NCBI GenBank assembly: GCA_004431415.1
Contig: QPMI01000516.1
Location: 62,001-126,000 of the forward strand
Origin: Cyanophora paradoxa CCMP329
Taxonomy: Eukaryota > Plantae > Glaucophyta
Direction of reading: 5' to 3'
DNA length: 64,000 nt
Numbering within the stretch: position 1 is the stretch's first letter; every line of letters begins with the position of its first letter. This document shows positions 39,184 through 51,218 of the stretch, piece after piece. Below the pieces are notes generated by a model that worked only from the letters and a program-made list of their open reading frames with translations, ran no database searches and was not told where the DNA came from. The position numbers and the translations under genes were made by a program.

Positions 39184-42100
39184 GCTAAGGCTTAGGCTTG
39201 GACCCAAGCTTTAGAAATGAATTCGCTTCAGGCTGGCATGCAGGAGACCTTCGAGCTGTAGCAGGCTTGATTTCTCAGCCTTCTCAGTGGCCTTTTTTTC
39301 TTGTGTCGGCTTCTTTGAATTCGGCTTGAAGCGAAGTAAGCTGTCCCGCTGGGATCAGGGCGGGATCCCGAGTTGTCTTCATTTTTGATAGTAGAAGCAT
39401 TCTGTTCGCCATCGAGATCAGCGGCAGGCTGACCGGTCACGGATTGATCGTACCATCAATGCTCTTTTCAATAATATTTTGGTTGCTTGGCTCTGGCCCT
39501 GGACCTCTTGTTAGTCTTTGGTTGTCAGAGTTTTGAGAAACTTTTGAGTGGGGCGAAACCCCCGTAGGTAAAAGATAATTGTATGGCTAGCTATAGGTTA
39601 CGATAGCTCTCAATTCCCCGCGCGTTTTCGCTTCCGGCGCGTGTTTCTCGCAACTCGTTAGGTTTTTTAATATTCGACTCTGGACTGAGTAACTAGGGGC
39701 CCGGCCGCGTTTGGCGCGCCGGGGGTGCAAGGGGGGAATCGGGATCTAATGAAAGAGTAGTAGTGGCACGAACATGCACGGGGCAGATGTAGTTCGACCC
39801 CGGCCCAGCGCGCGCGGCAGGTTGAAGTAGTAAAGATATTATATATGATTGAAAAGAATAGAAAAGGGCTGATATGCAGACGCTGCGATCTAACCGAATA
39901 TATAAAGAAAAGTGTGAATGAAAGGCCAGATTCAGCGCACTGTATATGAAAGATTGTTCTGGAGCGGAAAAACGCTGCGCATCATTTGTGTTCGCGCGGC
40001 CTACCCCTAACCCTGAACAGCTGGCTAAAAGATGATGGTGTTGTCTGCAGAGGGCTCGCCGTAAACAATATAGGCTCGAATTCGGCGGCGTCCCGAGCGC
40101 AGCGAGAGAGCACGGTCTCGAAGGCCTGTCCTCGGCTACGATCAGCGGCCCAGCTAGGCAGCGGCGCAACCGGTTTTCCCGTGCAAGCTCAAGCACGAGT
40201 GCCGGCAGCGTGCACGTGCTCAGCTGCAGGCAGCGGCGCGTGCTCGCTGCGGTGCAAGCTGGATGCAATGAAAATTAGTCCACGCAGCACGGGTACCCTG
40301 CGGCGTAGGCTGCGCAGTGCGACGAAGCGGAAATCTAGAGGATCCCCGGAGACGTTGACAGGTAGAGAGAAGTGGTTCCATGCAGAACCGCGCAGCGAAT
40401 TCGAAGAGCAAGGCGTACGCGACGTCGACGCACTGCGCATGCGAGGAAGCCGAAATCTAGAGGAGACAGCTAGGGAGAACTGGTTCCATGCAGAACCGCG
40501 CAAGGAATTCGAAGACCGGAGTTAGAGAGAAGTTAGTTTTCCCCTCGAAAACCACTTTTTCCCCTCGAATTCGACGCTCGAAAGTCGAGAGCTGACCGGT
40601 TCACCGAGCCAATCGGATCGCGAATAACCGACAATTTCGTTGCAAGCTGGCCCTCGAAAACGGCCTCATAGAAAACTTTTGGCTGAAGCGAGGGAACGGG
40701 AAGCAAGGGGGCCCCCTTCCCCCCTTGCAACTATGGATACGATATGGAGGGTCGGGGCTCCCTTCAGCTTTGAGCATGACTAAGTCCAAATTCAAGTTCT
40801 AAAATTTAGTCGCTTAAACGGGCCTCTTGAGACTCCGAAAGACTGATCTGAGACCTCTGATCATGAGTGGAGTGCAGGTTTGCGAGGGCGGACCACGCTC
40901 GCGCACGGCTCGCAACTTTCTTTCTCTCTTTGCGATAAGAAGCCTTGAAGAACTTCGGAACCGCAGCCAAGGCCTAGGATATACATACTGGGCGGATACG
41001 TAGGGGTACAGAATCGCGGATCATTGCCGCAGTGCAAGCCGCTCAGAATCAGCATATGCATCTCATGCATGACCAACCCTGCAATAGCGGGATGCGCAAT
41101 CTGGTCGGCAAAAAGCGTTGAACATTGGCTTGGGCTGTTGTTGAGCATTTTTGAACACTACAAGAATCCAGAAATGCAGATCGATATCACGAAACATGTA
41201 CACCACAAACAGAGCGCGACAGGCCACTCTCATCAGAATCTCAGGGCCTTTCCAACATACATCAGTTCGGGATTGACTCATTAAAGTTCGGTCGCTCGAT
41301 ATGCGAATAATTTATTCTTTCATACAATAATGCACACGTGGTACGTGTATACTCAATCAAAACCATCATGGCGCCAGCTGTACCACTGCCGGAAAAATGC
41401 GGGCTGGCTATGCGCTAGAAAAAGAAACTACGTTGACAGATCTACAAGACTGGACTCGTGGGATACACTGTGGCACGCGATGAGACTCCAGCACTAGCAA
41501 TTGAAACCAGATAAAGAGCGCATGACTACGCTCCGGCACTAGCGGTGTTGATCAAAATCGAAAACTACGCAGCATAAATATCTTCTCGTCCGTTACCGAC
41601 CAATGTATTATGGCGTTACCGCAGTAGTACATTATGAATGCACTTATAGCCTTCTCACTTACAAAAAGAAAATTAAGCACGCCCTAGCTATAGGTTGCAT
41701 AGGACGCTAGAGAGCATACGTTGCATTGAAAAGACTCATTTACTAATATTATTAGAGGGCGCCGTTGCGCGGCGCCCGTGTGCGGCTGTTCTACGCATGG
41801 GACTTGGGGGAGCGGTCTCCGAGAGAGGCAGGAGCGGTGGGGCGGGAGCGATAAGGGGCGGGCGCGGATCCCTCGAGATGTGGCTGGGGCTCGCCGGCGT
41901 TGACACAGTTCTCCTGCCCGCCGCGATTGGCCGCCTGAACAATCTCTGGGGGCCGGACGGCCTCGGATCGGATTCGAATTCCCGCACCGATTCCGCGTCG
42001 CGCACTTGCTCTTCTACGTCGTGCATATGTGCGGGGTTGACGCGATGAGCGGCTGCTGGCAAGGCGCCGCTTGAACTGGAGCGGAATGCCTCCCTTGCAA

Positions 42101-43966
42101 TTGCCCTCGAGCTCCCAGCTGCAGCTAGCCACCATGGGCGCGAGTCGTGGCGGCTTTCGTCACGAAGTCGAGGAGGAGGTGGCGCGGACTCGAAAGACTG
42201 GACATGAAGGCGCGGCTCCGGAGAAGAAGCGGCTGTGGGCATCGGCATGGGGGCAGATCTGGACTGCTCCAAGATGAGCGAACTCGCAGAGGCTGAGGCG
42301 AGCATCTCGAATTCGACGTGATTCAGCACGGCAGGCGCCGGATTTGGTGTGCCACTCGGGCTATCTGACGGAGACAGACGGCTGCTGAACGAAACGTTCC
42401 ACCCGGACGGCGATGGTGGAACACCCACGCAGCGTTCGGGACTGTTTGTCTTGGAATTCGAAGCTGTCGCCCGAGCAGCTTCCGCCTCCCGAAGCGTCGA
42501 CGTCGATGTCGATGTGGAAGCAGCGGGTTCGACGACCGGAATCTCTACATGGAGAGGAAGCAAAAGGCGAGAGCTAGCGCTTCTGTGAGAAGACCGGAGT
42601 TCGAGCTCCGCCCCTTCTTCAAGGTCCAAAGTCGCTGCCTCTTGCGCTGGGGGCCGCCATGGTTCTTCGATGTCTCTGTTGATCATGGCAGCGCAACTAG
42701 TACTGTTCGTTGTCATGCCTTTCGGAGGAGACGGTTCCAGAAGTCGGGTTTGGACGTGCACGAATCGAGCCTTCTTCGGTGCTGGTGTTGCGGAGAAAAG
42801 AATTCCACTGTCGACGTCGATGTCGAGTCGTGCGGGCGTCGCATCTTGAACGGGCAGAATCCAGTTGCCGTCATCGACATCGTCGTCTTCTAGATCTTTA
42901 CATGTCATAGGCATCCGTGCTCGCACCGCAGAAGCGCTAGCTGCCGACGGTGTTGAGGCGCTAGCGCCGCAAGGCGCCGGCTCGGCAGGCACTGTCCAGG
43001 ATTCCTTCGAATTCGAGTTTCCGGAGGCGCCTGGCGACTCCGAGCTAGAGCCGCTTCCGGGCTCGAGTGCACCGGAGTTACCGTTAACGTTCTTCAGACC
43101 GGAACAGGCCGCGGCCATGTGCGTCGACGTCGACGTCGAGACTCCGTCTGAATGAGGCTGCAGGGCTTCAACACGGCGGTGACGGCGCTTCCGGGCGACA
43201 CGACGGAGGGCGAACGCGACGACAACCGCTGCGCCGACCACGAAGGCCGCCACCAAAGCGACGCTGACGGCCATCGTCAAGGACGACGAGCTCGAGCGTG
43301 CAGCGTCACTTTCAGATGCCGGCGGCGTGGGTTCAGCTGAAGCCACCCATCGGAAGGCTTGCGTGATGGTAATCGTCTCGAACTCGTTGGTAGGGCTCTC
43401 AATCACAACATCGTATGAAGTGTTTGGCTTGAATGCCGCCAGCAACACTCGCTTCTGCAACGCACCAGGGAATGCAGGCGCATCTGAACAAGTGAGCGAT
43501 TGCAAGCGCATTAGAGAAGAAGTCGCAATTCGAAGGCAATTGCTAGATTGAGCCGAAAGGATGCAAGCACCGAACGTGATCGTACTGTCGTCGATGATGC
43601 GAGCGTTCTTCGCAGGGATGCGGCTAGAGATGCTAGCAATGAAGACTGTTACGGATTTGCCGACAGGAAAGTTGGACCCAGAAACGAGGAAAGTCTCGCC
43701 TCCAGCCTGCGAAAAACAGTACGGTAAATAATCGCAGTTGTGCACAGTAAGAAGCGCAATTTTAATCTCCATGACCAACGCACCAGTGTGGCCTTGAAGA
43801 CGCTGGCGTCCTTGATAACAAACGTTCCATCGCCGAGTCTGGAAACCGGAGCGCCAGCAACACTGGTGATTGACGTTTTTGACTCTGCAGATCGAGACCA
43901 CGCGTTAATACGAGAGCGTGCAAGCGTGCTGTTTCCATCCCGGAATCCCGCGAACCCGTTTGACTC

Positions 43967-46960
43967 GACGGGCTCGGGCTCGGCGTCTCCGTCGGCGACG
44001 GGCTGGGCGACGGGCTCGGGCTCGGCGTCTCCGTCGGCGAGGGGCTGGGCGACGGGCTCGGGCTCGGCGTCTCCGTCGGCGACGGGCTGGGCGACGGGCT
44101 CGGGCTCGGCGTCTCCGTCGGCGAGGGGCTGGGCGACGGGCTCGGGCTCGGCGTCTCCGTCGGCGACGGGCTGGGCGACGGGCTCGGGCTCGGCGTCTCC
44201 GTCGGCGACGGGCTGGGCGACGGGCTCGGGCTCGGCGTCTCCGTCGGCGACGGGCTGGGCGACGGGCTCGGGCTCGGCGTCTCCGCCGGCGACGGGCTGG
44301 GCGACGGGCTCGGGCTCGGCGTCTCCGTCGGCGACGGGCTGGGCGACGGGCTCGGGCTCGGCGTCTCCGTCGGCGACGGGCTGGGCGACGGGCTGGGGCT
44401 GGGCGTCTCCGTCGGCGAGGGGCTGGGCGACGGGCTCGGGCTCGGCGTCTCCGTCGGCGACGGGCTGGGCGACGGGCTCGGGCTCGGCGTCTCCGCCGGC
44501 GACGGGCTGGGCGACGGGCTCGGCTCGGCGTCTCCGTCGGCGACGGGCTGGGCGACGGGCTCGGGCTCGGCGTCTCCGTCGGCGACGGGCTGGGCGACGG
44601 GCTCGGGCTCGGCGTCTCCACCGGCGAGGGGCTGGGCGACGGGCTCGGGCTCGGCGTCTCCGTCAGCGAGGGGCTGGGCGACGGGCTCGGGCTCGGCGTC
44701 TCCACCGGCGACGGGCTGGGCGACGGGCTCGGGCTCGGCGTCTCCGTCGGCGACGGGCTGGGCGACGGGCTCGGGCTCGGCGTCTCCGTCGGCGAGGGGC
44801 TGGGCGACGGGCTCGGGCTCGGCGTCTCCGTCGGCGAGGGGCTGCAGCTGGGCGACGGGCTCGGGCTCGGCGTCTCCGCCGGCGACGGGCTGGGCGACGG
44901 GCTCGGGCTCGGCGTCTCCGTCGGCGACGGGCTGGGCGACGGGCTCGGGCTCGGCGTCTCCGCCGGCGACGGGCTGGGCGACGGGCTCGGGCTCGGCGTC
45001 TCCGTCGGCGAGGGGCTGGGCGACGGGCTCGGGCTCGGCGTCTCCGCCGGCGACGGGCTGGGCGACGGGCTCGGGCTCGGCGTCTCCGCCGGCGACGGGC
45101 TGGGCGACGGGCTCGGGCTCGGCGTCTCCGTCGGCGACGGGCTGGGCGACGGGCTCGGGCTCGGCGTCTCCGCCGGCGACGGGCTGGGCGACGGGCTCGG
45201 GCTCGGCGTCTCCGTCGGCGAGGGGCTGGGCGACGGGCTCGGGCTCGGCGTCTCCGTCGGCGACGGGCTGGGCGACGGGCTCGGGCTCGGCGTCTCCGTC
45301 GGCGAGGGGCTGGGCGACGGGCTCGGGCTCGGCGTCTCCGTCGGCGACGGGCTGGGCGACGGGCTCGGGCTCGGCGTCTCCGTCGGCGAGGGGCTGGGCG
45401 ACGGGCTCGGGCTCGGCGTCTCCGTCGGCGACGGGCTGGGCGACGGGCTCGGGCTCGGCGTCTCCGCCGGCGACGGGCTGGGCGACGGGCTCGGGCTCGG
45501 CGTCTCCGTCGGCGACGGGCTGGGCGACGGGCTCGGGCTCGGCGTCTCCGTCGGCGACGGGCTGGGCGACGGGCTCGGGCTCGGCGTCTCCGTCGGCGAC
45601 GGGCTGGGCGACGGGCTCGGGCTCGGCGTCTCCGCCGGCGAGGGGCTGGGCGACGGGCTCGGGCTCGGCGTCTCCGTCGGCGACGGGCTGGGCGACGGGC
45701 TCGGGCTCGGCGTCTCCGTCGGCGACGGGCTGGGCGACGGGCTCGGGCTCGGCGTCTCCGCCGGCGACGGGCTGGGCGACGGGCTCGGGCTCGGCGTCTC
45801 CGTCGGCGACGGGCTGGGCGACGGGCTCGGGCTCGGCGTCTCCGCCGGCGACGGGCTGGGCGACGGGCTCGGGCTCGGCGTCTCCGTCGGCGACGGGCTG
45901 GGCGACGGGCTCGGGCTCGGCGTCTCCGTCGGCGAGGGCTGGGCGACGGGCTCGGGCTCGGCGTCTCCGTCGGCGACGGGCTGGGCGACGGGCTCGGGCT
46001 CGGCGTCTCCGCCGGCGACGGGCTGGGCGACGGGCTCGGGCTCGGCGTCTCCGTCGGCGACGGGCTGGGCGACGGGCTCGGGCTCGGCGTCTCCGTCGGC
46101 GACGGGCTGGGCGACGGGCTCGGGCTCGGCGTCTCCGCCGGCGACGGGCTGGGCGACGGGCTCGGGCTCGGCGTCTCCGCCGGCGACGGGCTGGGCGACG
46201 GGCTCGGGCTCGGCGTCTCCGTCGGCGACGGGCTGGGCGACGGGCTCGGGCTCGGCGTCTCCGTCGGCGACGGGCTGGGTGACGGGCTCGGGCTCGGCGT
46301 CTCCGTCGGCGACGGGCTGGGCGACGGGCTCGGGCTCGGCGTCTCCGTCGGCGACGGGCTGGGCGACGGGCTCGGGCTCGGCGTCTCCGTCGGCGACGGG
46401 CTGGGCGACGGGCTCGGGCTCGGCGTCTCCGTCGGCGACGGGCTGGGCGACGGGCTCGGGCTCGGCGTCTCCGTCGGCGACGGGCTGGGCGACGGGCTCG
46501 GGCTCGGCGTCTCCGTCGGCGACGGGCTGGGCGACGGGCTCGGGCTCGGCGTCTCCGTCGGCGACGGGCTGGGCGACGGGCTCGGGCTCGGCATCTCCGT
46601 CGGCGACGGGCTGGGCGACGGGCTCGGGCTCGGCGTCTCCGTCGGCGACGGGCTGGGCGACGGGCTCGGGCTCGGCGTCTCCGTCGGCGACGGGCTGGGC
46701 GACGGGCTCGGGCTCGGCGTCTCCGCCGGCGACGGGCTGGGCGACGGGCTCGGGCTCGGCGTCTCCGTCGGCGACGGGCTGGGCGACGGGCTCGGGCTCG
46801 GCGTCTCCGTCGGCGACGGGCTGGGCGACGGGCTGGGGCTGGGCGTCTCCGTCGGCGAGGGGCTGGGCGACGGGCTCGGGCTCGGCGTCTCCGTCGGCGA
46901 CGGGCTGGGCGACGGGCTCGGGCTCGGCGTCTCCGTCGGCGAGGGGCTGGGCGATGGGCT
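43967..46960 (-). repeat. Coding minisatellite, 42-bp unit, about 71 copies, encoding ([14 protein letters not shown])n
   Basis: Plus-strand unit GGGCTCGGGCTCGGCGTCTCCGTCGGCGACGGGCTGGGCGAC. Single-G losses near 44521 and 45937; 6-bp insertion at 44845-44850. Confidence 0.97.
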
Positions 46961-49169
46961 GGGAGTTCGAGTAGGTGATGGAGTTGGCGTTCCATTACTG
47001 ACAGCAGCGGACAACTTGTGAACGTAGATGCGACCCTCTGGGGAGGATTATAGTGAGTTAAGAGTCGCGATCAAGGCAAGGAAATGCAGTCGGAATGTTT
47101 GCAATTTGCGGGTTTCGTGTTTTGAATAGAATTAAGCGAAAACATCCAGTTCTAAAAAATGTTTGACTCACCGCCCCAAGACACGTAAATCGCCGATTGG
47201 CTGTTGACCGAAGCCATGCCATACATGGCACTACCCACACCGCTGCGTGTATATATTGTGGATTAATTTATATTTAGTCGAGAGAGTCGGTTTGCATTGC
47301 GGGTGCAAGTCGTCTTGTTACCTGGCTGGCTGTGCGATGGTCTCGCTCGTCACTCGGATTCCAGAGCTGTGCACGCGCGCGGTTGTTTCAGGGGGCTGGA
47401 GTCGCAGTACTAGTGGGTTTACAATCTGTGTAATCTTTGTGCATATATACCGCGCTTAAAAAATGCGCTGACATAGTATTGTATACTTGCACACTAGTCC
47501 TTCATGATCATATATATCGCAAGCTCGAGCACCGCACCTATCGTAAGCGAACACCGACGTGCCCGCTCCAACGTACAGCCTCCATCTGTCCATATGCATG
47601 GGATAAATTTGTCAGCTAATGTAAACAGATCGGATTGGTCTATGTAATATTAATGAGCTTGTGTGCGGTACAATTTGTTAGAATGAAGACGGACCCGCCA
47701 GCACGAACGATGTCCATACCGCCGGGCGTGCCACCGAGCGAGCTTACGAATGTTTGTGCGGTAACTGACGCGAGGTCTTCGGCGTCAATCTGTCCGATCC
47801 GGTGCTTCAAAGTCAGCATGCGGCACTGATTAAAAAAAACGTCAAAGACCTTGTAAAGAGTCTGAGCAAGAGCGACATAGAAGATGTCGCTGTCAGGATC
47901 CCGAGCCAAGCAGTCTGGAGCAGGAAGCTGGGTTGAAGTGCCGACTGAGCTTATGACTACCTTGTATCCCGACCCTAATGCGCATTTCTGATTAATGAAC
48001 ACGACGGCCGAAAACATAAAAAATACGAGAACGCCTCGAAGCTTTTTGTATTGAGCAGTTCTATATCGCGCGCCAATTTTATTATTAACGCATGCGCTCA
48101 AGTCCGCGGCCGCACCATCGAGATTCATGCTTGCAAGGGATCTTGAATGAGCCATCCAGAATACACGATTGCTCGTGCTCGAATAAACGACCCCATAGAC
48201 GGCCGAGCCAACTGCTCTCGCAAACCGACACAGTAAGCGTTTTGTCAGAGGGCAAATGCGATTGCGATTGCAATATTCAATACAAAGTTTTAAATGCTCA
48301 CCGTTAAAGAAATCGGTGACCCCAGATCCACCTATAGTAAGGTCGACCTTCCGAATCTTCAAGTTGTCCTGCTCCATCACAATGTCATTGGGCAACCAAA
48401 GCAGCGAGGCTCGCCCAGGACTCTCGCACCGAGTCCGCTACAAAAAGAAGAGTCGAAGATGCGGCCGTTACACCATTCAATGTGCTGCGCATGCGAGCGG
48501 GCGAATCAACCAGTGCTCAAATGATTCTTTTAAGACTCCGATCGCTTATAATTATATATCACCTGAATAGGGCACTTGTGAGGGTTCTCGAGTTGGTAGA
48601 ACCTGACAATTATGATTCGGATGAGTGTGCGTAAATCGTTTATTAGAGCTTCGCGATCGGAATCAAACTGCGCGCGCACCATAGTTCTCCTCGTGGCCGG
48701 CAACAAGCGCCATAGTACAAGAAGAGCCAGACTGCCTGATACGAAACAAGCCGGTCTCGGTCGTCGCGTACAGGTGTCCGTCAAACGCGCTGTAATGAAG
48801 AGCTGCAAGACGAGCACGCGCATCGCTGAGTCAATGCATGTAGTATGCGTATATATAGCGATAGAAGCACCTCTGAGGTAGTTGAAAATAGCTAGCGTTC
48901 CAGAACCTGTGGAAACATAAATGAGTTAGCTGCAATTTCAGTTGAGCAACCTCATGGCCATCTATCAACGATCTCGCTGGGTGTAAATATACAGTTTCAA
49001 AAAAACAAGCTGTGCGTGATGTGAATAAAGCTAGATTATAATTACTTGATTAGAACACATCGTACCTTCGTTGGCCGTGTCAGTGGGCTCTCGCCCAATG
49101 CAAAACCGTGACGTTTGCGAAGCCATAGTTGCCGGAGTGCCAGGAACAGCCGGCGTCGGCACCGGAGTC

Positions 49170-49545
49170 TGGCTAGGCGTCGGCGAGGGGCTGGGCGAAG
49201 GGCTCGGGCTCGGCGTCCTTGTCGGCGACGGGCTGGGCGACGGGCTTGGGCTCGGTGTCGACATCTCCATCGGCGACGGGCTTGCAGTAGGGCTCGGCGT
49301 CTCCGGATCCGTCGGCGGCACGCTCGGGCTTGGCGTCTCCATTTCCGGATCCGTGGCGGAGGGGTTGGGTGACGGGCTCGGTGTCTCCGTCGCCGTCGGC
49401 GAGGGGCTGGGCGACGGGCTTTGTGTCTCCGTGGGAGGCACGCTGGGGCCTGGCGTCTCGGTCTCCGGATCGGTGGGCAACGGGCTGGGCGACGGGCTCG
49501 GGCTCGGCGTCGGAGTGCGTGAGGGGCTCGGTGTGGGGCTGGGTG
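49170..49545 (-). repeat. Degenerate second array of the same Ser/Pro/Thr repeat
   Basis: ORF 49031-49480 translates as [28 protein letters not shown].... Confidence 0.85.
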
Positions 49546-50418
49546 TCGATGTCGGGAGGAATGCCTTGTGCGCGAATATCCGATTCCCTGAACAGCCCAG
49601 TGAGCCAATGTTTAAACCAGCGCACCGAGCAATGTGAACACTAGGAGGGCGCTTAGGTTAGAGCTGCTCCAGGCAGACTCCGACTGTGACTCACCGCCCC
49701 AGACCACGTACATGGACGAGGAAGCATTCACAGTTGCGAGCCCAGTCCGGGGCTGCGTCCCGCTGCGCGCGCGCGCGAATGTGTCCGGTCAATTGCAAGA
49801 AATACGCACGCGTACGAAGATTTCGAAGTGCGTAAAGAAAGTCGAACCTGACGGGCGTAGCGAAGTTCTCGCTTGCGACTGTGGAAGACGAAGTCCCCGA
49901 GGCCGAAAGCCTGCGCGTGACTTGTCAAAATATGATTGCAATTTGTATTCTCAAGCGTGTACTTTTGCGCCGCGTTTTCAAGACTGTCAAGGCTTCAGCG
50001 TTTTAGATCATGTGTTGACGCACCCGTATGCTTGGACGCTGGTGTCGGAGCCCACGTACAGCCTCCAAAACCTGCTCGGGTCTCACTGTAAGCGGACGCT
50101 GCACGCGCCGGCCCTGCACAGCGCCAGGCATGGCAGAGAGAGGCGCACGTTCCGGATCGGATTACTTCAACCCCTGCCGCGGCATTCGAGCCGGTGGATG
50201 CGACGAACGTCGTTACTGCACTAGCGGACACGGGGTACGTTCCCCCGCTGACGTCGACCTGGACGCACGAGAGGTTTCATATTGAGATCCCGTGCACATG
50301 GAGGGACGAGGAGTGAGCGAAAGGAGCCCGCGCGCATACCCGCGAGACCACGTTCTGAACTGCAACGAACAGCACGGCGCCGTCGACTGCGATGGCGTCG
50401 GGGTTGACAGTGCCTCCG

Positions 50419-50423
50419 GACGC
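50419..50423 (+). repeat. Left target-site duplication GACGC (GACGCA if the first terminal A is counted)
   Basis: Identical to 61808-61812 (or 61813). Confidence 0.9.
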
Positions 50424-50598
50424 AAAAAAATGTAAATTGGGCATACTGCCCCACGAAATTATATATGGTAATAAAATCGAATAAACTTTAAACTTTTCGA
50501 TATTCCACAAACGTTTCGACAAAACCAAATCAAAAACAAACCATTCACAGTAACCACACAAAACAAAACGTAAAATCTCAGTAAGCCTCAGTAACAAC
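50424..50598 (+). repeat. Left terminal inverted repeat (175 bp)
   Basis: AAAAAAATGTAAATTGGGCATACTGCCCC...CTCAGTAACAAC is the reverse complement of 61633-61807, with one mismatch (50531 vs 61700). Confidence 0.97.
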
Positions 50599-50969
50599 TT
50601 AAAACCTCTCATTTTTTACTGTATTTTTTGAACGCTTTTTTACTGTATTTTCTACACTAGAAATGACGATAGAAACGACAATAAAAACAATAGAATTTAA
50701 ATTGTTTTTTAATCGTATATATGTCAATATATCAATGTAGTATATATGATATATATCATGTAAAATCGATTTATAGTCATACCTATAACATATCGATTTG
50801 TGTATATGTGATATATATATATATATGACGTCATAATGACGATACATATGTATATGATATATATGACATACCACGTGACTCGGGAGATCATGACGATCAC
50901 GGCGATGTGTTCATTATCATATGCATGACTTGGACCAATCAGCTATCGATGACTCTTCTGTGGCTCACA

Positions 50970-51078
50970 GGTGGCTCATCGATAGATCAATGGGTCTTAT
51001 CACATCATCGGTGGCTCATCGATAGATCAATAGGTCTTATCATATCATAGGTGGCTCATCGATGGATCAATGGGTCAT
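50970..51078 (+). repeat. 40-bp tandem repeat, about 2.7 copies, in the non-coding left arm of the element
   Basis: GTGGCTCATCGATRGATCAATRGGTC recurs at 50971, 51011 and 51051. Confidence 0.9.
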
Positions 51079-51140
51079 ACAACATTATCGATCTCGGATC
51101 GATAGATGAATGGTTCAATATTTATCAGTGGTTGAGTTTC

Positions 51141-51218
51141 GTAGTATATACTCGTAGTATAAACTTGTAGTATAATTCCATAGTATAAATCCGTAGTATA
51201 TACTCGTAGTTGATACTC
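51141..51218 (+). repeat. 13-bp tandem repeat, 6 copies
   Basis: GTAGTATATACTC GTAGTATAAACTT GTAGTATAATTCC ATAGTATAAATCC GTAGTATATACTC GTAGTTGATACTC. Confidence 0.85.

Larger units (their letters stand above)
41736..50423 (-). pseudogene. 3' portion of a large Ser/Pro-rich mucin-like surface protein (propeller-like repeats, SP-repeat stalks, IPT/TIG-like domain, TM, long cytoplasmic tail), interrupted by the endogenous virus
   Basis: Exon-like ORFs 47640-48395 and 49031-49480, SP-repeat array 43967-46960, and ORF 41736-43901 with GGETFLVSGSNF..V (IPT-like) and TM MAVSVALVAAFVVGAAVVVAFAL followed by RRVARKRR. Confidence 0.65.

Noticed and set aside
39726-40729. 13-bp inverted pair TGCAAGGGGGGAA about 1 kb apart as TIRs
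   Set aside because: Short, low-complexity, and no TSD found.
1-41000. Numerous overlapping Arg/Pro/Gly/Ala-rich ORFs in the six-frame track
   Set aside because: Expected from high GC content and stop-codon scarcity; the real genes are spliced and do not match single ORFs.
40861-41281. LHFWILVVF peptide as a Ulp1-protease relic
   Set aside because: Single weak motif in broken frames with no supporting catalytic Asp/Cys context.
43740-47021. 1000-aa Arg-rich, GLGDG- and WATGSG-repeat ORFs on both strands
   Set aside because: These are alternative frames of the stop-free 42-bp minisatellite; only the minus-strand Ser/Pro frame joins the flanking exons.
50277-50612. ORFs 50277-50612 (-) and 61631-61819 (+) sharing the same peptide
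   Set aside because: They are translations of the two TIR copies, not genes; only the tail of the first is real host exon.
50970-51218. Short repeat arrays as a CRISPR-like locus
   Set aside because: Units are contiguous with no unique spacers, and no cas genes are present.
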